The notes beneath the pieces were generated by a model. That model ran no database searches and was not told the DNA's origin. It saw only the letters and a list, made by a program, of their open reading frames with translations. A DNA stretch of 64,000 nt, taken from positions 186,001-250,000 of the forward strand of contig OZ025659.1 of NCBI GenBank assembly GCA_964019335.1. The letters are read 5' to 3'. Numbering within the stretch: position 1 is the first letter of the stretch; the number at the start of each line of letters is the position of its first letter. This document shows, piece after piece, positions 56,819 through 64,000 of the stretch. The DNA is from Diplonema japonicum (lineage: Eukaryota; Protista; Euglenozoa: Diplonemea). The position numbers and the translations under genes are program-made.

Positions 56819-57847
56819 TCAGAACAGCAGCACGGTGACAAAAAGGAGAGCAAGCCCCAGAACAGAGACGGCGGGGTGGGCGGAGGTGGAGGCCCCGCTT
56901 GCTGTGAGTTTGTTGAATTCATCCCACGTGAGGAAGCCAGCGACACTGCGGTTGGTGTTCAGCTCAACGTACTTGCAGTAGATGTCGGTGGTGAGGGGCG
57001 CCTCAAACGTCAGCTTCACAGAGGCAGTGGCGAGCTGAGCAGAGACAGTGATGCAAGTGTCAGGCTGAATGGGGGTTCCAAGGAAAGGACTCGCACTGTC
57101 AAGGGACATCGTGCACTGGTCGTCAGAGTAGGTGAGGTCCGCAACTGCCATATCCCATTTGCCCCCTCCAAGGTCCTTGCAGGCTGTAATGGCGCGGTTG
57201 AAGGTGTTGCCAGGGGTTGCATCGCACGATTTGGGGTCATACACCCGACAGCACCCATTGCACATGGGTCTGGCACCGCATGGTTGCTTCCCGCCGGGGA
57301 ACGTCACCACCTGGTCAACAACAGGTAACCCGATCTGACAGCTGTCCCCCAACCAGCTCTGTGTGCGCAGGCCGCCTGTCGCCATCGCTGTGCGGTAGTT
57401 AGTCATCACGCACAGTTCGTTCAGCTTGACACCGGGGTTGAATATAGCCGACCCAAGCGGCGTTTGAACGCATGTCCCCACCGTCAGTGTGGTCACGGAG
57501 TATGGATTGGAATCGCAATTTCTGTATTGCCAGTATGACAGCTTTAGGACCTTCGTCGCTGTGGAGGGGCACATCGTATCGTCCAACGTCAGCATTACGG
57601 AGAATTGGCTGTTATAGTCGTACAAGCAGACGCCGATGGCGAACCAGTTGAACCAACCCGGGCTTGCGAACGGCCTTACTATAATATCGTCCCCTGTAGC
57701 TCGGTAACCTAACGTAGCAAACCTAGGGTCCGTGCCAGGGTCTTGACAGTAATTGTCAGCGTAGAACTTCGGGGGATCAAAGCTCGGGAATGGGCCATTT
57801 GCCGAAATTGCAAGGAACGCACATGTTACAAGGAGAGAGGGGCTCAT
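56819..57847 (-). CDS. Cys-rich GPI-anchored surface protein, paralogue A
   Basis: Signal peptide, conserved Cys pattern, small-residue omega region and hydrophobic C-terminus. Confidence 0.85.
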   Translation of the reverse strand: MSPSLLVTCAFLAISANGPFPSFDPPKFYADNYCQDPGTDPRFATLGYRATGDDIIVRPFASPGWFNWFAIGVCLYDYNSQFSVMLTLDDTMCPSTATKVLKLSYWQYRNCDSNPYSVTTLTVGTCVQTPLGSAIFNPGVKLNELCVMTNYRTAMATGGLRTQSWLGDSCQIGLPVVDQVVTFPGGKQPCGARPMCNGCCRVYDPKSCDATPGNTFNRAITACKDLGGGKWDMAVADLTYSDDQCTMSLDSASPFLGTPIQPDTCITVSAQLATASVKLTFEAPLTTDIYCKYVELNTNRSVAGFLTWDEFNKLTASGASTSAHPAVSVLGLALLFVTVLLF

Positions 57848-58452
57848 GTTGCAGTGTTCTGTGTGGTTAAAATAAAAAAGTAGGATATTGATGCAGAAAC
57901 TCTTCTCACCAATATAAAGAAGAAAAGAAAGAAGGAAAAGAGAGGAAGAAATGTATAGTAGTGTTCAGTTTTTTTTTTTCTTTTTCTTTTTCTTTTCTTG
58001 TTCCCGTTGTTTCAAAATGTTTTTTTTTTTTTTTTTTTTTTTTTTTTTCCTCCCTCTCTTTTCTTTATGTTTGCTGTTGTGTAGATTCATTCATTTCAAA
58101 GAGCCCCAAAAACAGCAAATAAAAAAAAAGAGATGAGAAAAGAAAAGAGGGGAAGAGGATGGATGAAGGAAAGGAGGAGAAAGATAAAGGACATAGCGCG
58201 TCAATACGCTCTATTTTGTGAATGGGAGAGGAAGGGGTCTCACCTTGTCAGAGTTTTTTCTCTTCTTCATCGTTTCTTGACACGAACTACTGTTGTTCGA
58301 TACTGACGAAAATGGAATTGGAACATCATTAGAATATTGAAAGGTTTAGTTGTCCTTTCTTTTTTTTTTTTTTTTTTTTCTTGATTTCATTTTATTTTCA
58401 CTTTTTCTTTTTAATTTTAACGGAGGGAGAAATACAACCTTTCCTTGGAATC

Positions 58453-59463
58453 TCAAAGGAAGAGAACAGCGAAGAGGAGGGAGAGGAGAGCGAAGGCAGA
58501 GACGGGGTGGGCGGTGGGAGCCGAGTTCATGCGCTTGTTGAAGTCGTCCCAAGAGAGGAAGCCGTTGACGCTCTTGTTGGCGCTGAGCTCGACGTACTGG
58601 CAGTGAATGTCGATGGTGAGGGGTGCCACGAACTCGAGGATGGTGGAGAGGGTGGTGTTCCCTGCTGTCCCTGTGGCACAGGTTCCGAAGCGCTGCACGA
58701 GCCTCGAGGTGGGGGCCTTGTTGTCCTCCGTCTTGCAGGTGGCGTCGCTGTAGCCGTTCTCCGCGAGGGCCCCGACCCAGCCGCCTCCCTCCACCCTGTT
58801 GCAGGCCGCCAGCGACTCCTCGTAGGTTTTCGCTGTTGCCTTGCAGGTCTTCTCATCAAAGACCGGGCAGCACGCGTTGCCACAAGCGGGCTCCGCCCCG
58901 CACTGCTTCTCCGCCAGGTTCGCCACCGTGTTCACCGTCTCCTTCCCGCTCGAGCAGGCTTCCCCCGCCCAGCCCCGGGTCCGTACCCCGCCCTTCTTCA
59001 CCGCCGCGAGGTAGTCTGTCACCGTGCACAGCTCCTCCGCCGTCAGGGACGGCTCGAACTTCGTCGACCCGAAAGGGGTCTCCACGCATGTCCCCGCCAC
59101 CAGAGTCGTCACCTCCGCCGTCCCCTCACACGTTTTCGACGCCTTCCAGTAGGACAGCTGCAAAACCTCTCCCCCCTTCGCAGGGCACGCCGCGTCGTCG
59201 ATCGTCACCTTCACAGAGTACGCCACGCCCGCCCCCGTCATACACGCGTCCACAGTGTAGCCGCTCAGCACCGTCCCAACCTTCTCGAACGGCTTCACCG
59301 CCACGTTGTCCACCTTCCCAGCGTAGCTCCACAGCGCTGCCTTCGGGTCCGCCACCCCCGTGCAGTCCTTGCCCACGAAGAACGACGGGCTCGTCAGAGG
59401 GTTCTCCGCACACCACGCGAGCGACACCCCCATAGACAGCAGAAGCAGCGGTGCTGACTTCAT
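58453..59463 (-). CDS. Cys-rich GPI-anchored surface protein, paralogue B
   Basis: Same Cys scaffold (CPxx..VL.L.YW, GTCV.TP.GS, APLT.DI.C.YVEL..N.SV.GFL.WD.FN); strongly GC3-rich. Confidence 0.85.
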   Translation of the reverse strand: MKSAPLLLLSMGVSLAWCAENPLTSPSFFVGKDCTGVADPKAALWSYAGKVDNVAVKPFEKVGTVLSGYTVDACMTGAGVAYSVKVTIDDAACPAKGGEVLQLSYWKASKTCEGTAEVTTLVAGTCVETPFGSTKFEPSLTAEELCTVTDYLAAVKKGGVRTRGWAGEACSSGKETVNTVANLAEKQCGAEPACGNACCPVFDEKTCKATAKTYEESLAACNRVEGGGWVGALAENGYSDATCKTEDNKAPTSRLVQRFGTCATGTAGNTTLSTILEFVAPLTIDIHCQYVELSANKSVNGFLSWDDFNKRMNSAPTAHPVSAFALLSLLFAVLFL

Positions 59464-59560
59464 TTTTCGTTGGTTTGTTTTGTGTTTTTTTTTTTTTTTT
59501 TTTTTGTTGAAGAAACCTGGTTGGCGAGTCGTGTGGATGAAAGGCTTTCAAAGAAATAGA

Positions 59561-60823
59561 AAATGGAAGAGAAAAGCTGTAGTTGACCATCCTCAGATGG
59601 TCAGAAAGGAAGCAAAAAGAAAAGCTTGATTTTCACACACATACACAAGAATACGAGCGAGCGAAGTTTTTGCACTCGTTGTTGCTGATCGTGCGCAGAG
59701 AGGGGGGGGAAGGGAGGGGACAGGGGGGGTATGGTTGAGAGGGAGAGGCGTCATATAAATAAAACTTCACGTATCGCTGATTTCTTTTTTTTTTCTCTTT
59801 TTTTTTTCTAAACTTTCTGACAAAAAGCTTAGTCAGGATACGACGGATTTACAGGCCACGACTATGACACCTTCCAAGAAGGAGCGTTGGGGGATAAAAA
59901 AAAAATTCACCACTACTATGATGGGGGAGAATGTGCTTGCAACGACTCAAAGTGACGTGGTGTTTCTGGGGAGGAGGAGGAGCTTCGCTGCAAAAGAAAC
60001 CCCAAATTCTTTTCGCAAAATTTGAGTTACTGTTCGCGAAGAAAATACTGAGCCCCAGATTTTTTTCCAAATTCAAGCGAATTTTGAAAAAAATGTTGCC
60101 CAGACAAATATCACAGAGGGCAAATTCCCGTGCCCCCTCTTTTTTTTTTTTTTTTTTTTTTTTTTCCTCTTCATTCACTGCATTAAAAAAAAGGGGGGGG
60201 GGGAGGAGTACTTGGAAGAAACTGTCAATGGAGGTGACGTTGGTGAAGACTGCCGCCTCGTCATCCGCTTGAAGTGGGACAAGACCCAGGAAAGAGACCG
60301 GACCCATGCACGATGACTCTCGGCGCTCGGTGTTGACAAAGTACATGCCCAACAAACGAGGGGGTAACCAAAGTGGGAGGGTGGAGAGTAATGAGAAGGG
60401 GGAACAGAGAAGGGGAAATGGGAAAACAACAACCCACCGCAGCAGCATGCCCACTGAGCAGCTGTGTGGTACCTTTCTTGCACTCAGAAATACGTTGAAG
60501 AGAATGAGATAAAAAAAAGAGAAAAAAAAGGTGGGGGAAAAACTTAAGGCCCTTCTTCTTCTTCTTCTTCTTCCAGTGCTTGGGGAACAAAACGGGGCAT
60601 GGTGAACCATCCTAATTTCCTTTGATTCTGGCTAGAAATAGGCAAGAAAAATCCACCTGCTTTGAGAACGAGGAAGTCCACCTCCCCCTCCCCCAAACAC
60701 TGTTTCTCTTTATTCTTCTTCTTTTGTCTCCAAAAAGACTCAAGCAGGCCTTCCGACAGGCCAAGAGAAGAACACGAGAGGGGTGTAGCCTTCAGTTTAG
60801 CAAATTCCTTTTCTTTCCTTTCC

Positions 60824-60858
<35 letters not shown>

Positions 60859-60925
60859 AAGACAGAGGACGAAGGAAGAAAGGATGCTGGGGTGAAATAA
60901 TCACCTGCACACGGTGCTGCTTCTT
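59561..60925. repeat. 1365-bp direct repeat, copy 2
   Basis: Identical to 55249-56613. Confidence 0.95.
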
Positions 60926-61001
60926 CCTCCCCCCCCCTTTTTTTTTGATGTTTATTGCAGGGGAAAATGGGTGATAACTAAGGGAAACCCCATCATTGTT
61001 C

Positions 61002-62024
61002 TCAGAACAGCAGCACAGTGACAAAAAGGAGAGCAAGCCCCAGAACAGAGACGGCGGGGTGGGCGGAGGTGGAGGCCCCGCTTGCTGTGAGTTCGTTGAA
61101 TTTGTCCCACTTCAGGAAGCCACCGACACTGCGGTTGGTGTTCAGCTCAACGTACTTGCAGTAGATGTCGGTGGTGAGGGGCGCTTCCAGCGACAACATC
61201 GTAGAGGCAGTGGCCACCGACTGAACCTCGAAAGTGTTGCAGCCGCCAAGTACAAATGGGTGGCCAAGGAGAGGACTCGCACTGTCTAAAGACACCGTGC
61301 ACTTGTCGTCACTGTAGATTAAGTTCGCCATGGCCATATCCCACTTGCCCCCTCCAAGGTTCTTGCAGGCTGTCATGGCGTAGTTGAAGACGTTAGGAAC
61401 ACGATCGCAAGTCTGCAGGTTGTACAGCGGGCAGCATCCTGTGCACAGGGGCCTGGCCCCGCATGGCTGATCCCCGCCGGGCATGTTCAGCACCTCGTTG
61501 TTTACGGGTAACCCGTTGTTGCAGCTGTCCCCCAACCAGCTCTGTGCGCGCGGACCTCCTGTCACCATCGCAGTCCGGAAGTTCGTCATCGTGCACAGCT
61601 CGTCTGTTGTGACACCGGGGTTGAACTGTGCCGATCCAATTGAGGTTTTCACACATGTCCCCACCGTCAGTGTTGTCACCGAGGCTGGTGTCCCAGTACA
61701 CCCATAATAATTATAATTCCAGATCATCATCTTCAAAACTTCATTTGCCCTGCTGGGGCACATCGTCTCGTCCAAAACCAGCTTCACATAACCGTCCCCT
61801 GTGCGCAGGCAGGCGCCGATGGCGAACCAGTTGAACCACTCCGGGCCGGAAAAGGGGTAGATACTTACGTCGTCCTGCGTCCCGGAGTAGTACCAGTCCG
61901 ACCCGGTTTCATTCCCCATACAATAATCACCACCGTAGAAGGCTGGGGGTGCAAAGGTTGGTTCCGCACCGTCTGCGGTCGAGACAGCAAGGAACGCACA
62001 TATCGCGAGGAGAGCGGGCTTCAT
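61002..62024 (-). CDS. Cys-rich GPI-anchored surface protein, paralogue C
   Basis: Paralogue of A; C-terminal ~29 aa identical to A. Confidence 0.85.
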   Translation of the reverse strand: MKPALLAICAFLAVSTADGAEPTFAPPAFYGGDYCMGNETGSDWYYSGTQDDVSIYPFSGPEWFNWFAIGACLRTGDGYVKLVLDETMCPSRANEVLKMMIWNYNYYGCTGTPASVTTLTVGTCVKTSIGSAQFNPGVTTDELCTMTNFRTAMVTGGPRAQSWLGDSCNNGLPVNNEVLNMPGGDQPCGARPLCTGCCPLYNLQTCDRVPNVFNYAMTACKNLGGGKWDMAMANLIYSDDKCTVSLDSASPLLGHPFVLGGCNTFEVQSVATASTMLSLEAPLTTDIYCKYVELNTNRSVGGFLKWDKFNELTASGASTSAHPAVSVLGLALLFVTVLLF

Positions 62025-62048
62025 GTTTTTCCAGTAAGATTTTCAACT

Positions 62049-62530
62049 GTGGGAGTGAACAATATTTCACTTTATTTTTTCACGCTTCACTTTATTTTTC
62101 ACGCTAGATTTCAAGCTTGTTTTAGGAGAAAAACAGGTATGTGCAGGAATGAAAAATTACTGAATATAAAGTACTTTATATTCACGCTAGCCCTATTCAC
62201 TGTACAGCAAGGGTTCGGGGGTGCAAAAACCCAAGTTGTTACCACATAGACCCCTTGTCTTGGAAATCCCGGTTCGAATGCAATCTGGGAATCTCAAAAT
62301 TTACGTCACTCAAGGAACAAAAGCACGTCGGGTCGCCTCTCTCAAGAAGAGGAGAGAGGTGAGCTTGGCAAGCCAGCAGCGGTGACAGCTGCTAGTGGGG
62401 CAGCCTGCCAGCAATCCAGGCAGCAGCCACACACCGCTAGATTTCACACTTGTTTTATTAAAGAAAAACAGGTGCAGGAGTGAAAATTACGTTACGTGTA
62501 CTTTGGATTCACGCTAGCCCTACAGCAGGA
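62049..62530. repeat. tandem degenerate repeat units with a 24-bp perfect palindrome
   Basis: CGCTAGATTTCA..AAAAACAGGT..GCAGGA..TTCACGCTAGCCCTA occurs twice (62102-62195, 62435-62522); related sequence at 144-188. Confidence 0.6.
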
Positions 62531-62680
62531 GGTTCTTTGACAATATGGGGCACAAACCGAAAGGGATGGGCAAAAAACCGAAAGCAGGTACGGCAAGGGA
62601 AGGGTGAAAAAGGTGATGAAGACCTCCCTCCCAACAAAGAGCGGCGACGACTGCCAGTGGGGCACCGCCACCTTCCCCAA

Positions 62681-63043
62681 GCAAACACGCTAGAAATGAG
62701 GGTAGTCTTACCCAGCATCTCGATCAGACACTAAATCACACCTCCGAGACCATGATGAACGGAACGAAGGTGAGGAGGGAGCTCTGTGCTGCCCCGGGTG
62801 TGGGAAGAAAGTGCAAATGTGGTGCCCAGCTGGAAAAAAAGCTCGCAAGTTGCTTTTTTCATCCCCAGCCCCCAAAAGTCTCCAGACTGACCTCAATCCT
62901 AGAGTTCAGGGCACCAAATAGGGCTGAATGTTGCCTTTTTTAGCCCAGCCATAACTCCACGGACCGACCCACAACCCCAAAATCGGAAGTAAAAAGTACA
63001 CCCTCAACCCCCCTTGCACACATAATTAAGTGTTCTCATCTGA
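62681..63043 (+). mobile_element. truncated 3' fragment of piggyBac family 2
   Basis: Homologous to 38295-38733 (AAATCACACCTCCGAGACCATG...TGTTCTCATCTGA); no TIR. Confidence 0.88.
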
Positions 63044-64000
63044 TTACAAGCAAAAAAGAAAAACAAAAAAAAGAAACAAAAGGCGTCAAGAGGGGTAGGA
63101 AAAGGGAGTACGAAAAAGGGCAAAGGCGAGACAGGTGCATTACCTCACCACCAGCATCCATCCTTGCGTGTTATCGATACCAATAGGGGAAGAGGAAAAG
63201 AACTCACAGAAAAGGAGAAGAATAACGGAGAAAAAGCCTAGGAGCCAGAACGATTTGTTTTCCCCCTTTTTGGTTCCCTTCTGTGAGATTTCTTCTCGAA
63301 GCCTCTGGTTTCTTGTGCCCACGGAATGAGAATAAAGGGTAAGAGGAAACCCAGCCCTTTTTTTTTCTTCCTTTTTTTTTTTTTTTTCTTTTTTTTTTTT
63401 TCTCTTTTTTTCTTTCTCTGTGTACATAGAATTCTTGTCAAACAACATAGAAAGGGAAGAAGGAAGGAGTGTTAGGAAGGCCCGACCTCCATTCCTGAAG
63501 GTCTAGGGGTAGCAGCAGCCTTGTTCTTTCTGTTTCAATATTTTCCTCTCTTCCTTTATACTTTTCTTCTTCTTCTTTTTTTTTCCTCTTAATACTTTCA
63601 GGTTTCAAGATATAAAAAAAAAAAAACAAAAACAAAAAAACATGGGGAGGGGAGCGAGCCATTCCCAAATACTAAAGATTAGAAGCAAACTAAAATTTTA
63701 GGATTTATATTTCTCCACCTTTAGGTCAGTTGCTGCATCAGGGCAGGTTTTCGGTTAAAAGGAGAGTTTTTAACGAAAGAGCTCAGGGAAGAGATGGGTG
63801 TTGGCGAAACCGTCACAAAATAAGGAGAGAGAAAGAAAAAGAAGAAAAAGAAAGAAAAAGAAAGAAAGAAAAAAAAAAAGAAACAGATTTTTCTTTTTTT
63901 TTTCTTTTTCATTTTTAAACGCCCACTGATTTAGCCACCGCGTCAGTGATGGCTTTCATTGTGTTAATCCTAGTTTGGCCGCTCTTTTTGAAAAGAGATT

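Noticed and set aside
62268-62290. GGTTCGAAT B-box/tRNA T-arm
   Set aside because: No cloverleaf or A-box could be built around it
63135-63918. Short ORFs at the window end as exons
   Set aside because: Low complexity; no consistent splice model or recognisable protein

Overview
Eukaryotic nuclear DNA, most likely a euglenozoan (diplonemid-like; inferred). All ~21 host genes lie on the minus strand, intergenic DNA is dominated by A/T/G/C homopolymer runs, and genes carry tiny GT-AG introns (35-128 nt) that the ORF track ignores. Recognisable genes: IFT122, farnesyltransferase beta, eEF2 (plus a truncated 3' duplicate), RPS4, a citrate-type mitochondrial carrier, a Nup205-like nucleoporin, and PPR, IQ-repeat and calcineurin-B-like proteins. 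Main points of interest: (1) a single-chain AccD-AccA-pyruvate-carboxylase-CT-biotin-carrier protein with no biotin carboxylase (a transcarboxylase), next to a citrate carrier; (2) an STE-like kinase with a C-terminal SH2 domain that is visible only after splicing three introns; (3) many cis-introns with poly-A rather than polypyrimidine tracts, biased to gene 3' ends; (4) a piggyBac family with ATAA rather than TTAA target duplications, one copy in a 42-nt intron and one 50 bp upstream of eEF2; (5) a tandem family of Cys-rich GPI-anchored surface proteins with a 1365-bp identical spacer; (6) Crypton-like non-autonomous repeats and a candidate structured ncRNA. Protein identities come from motif recognition, not database searches.
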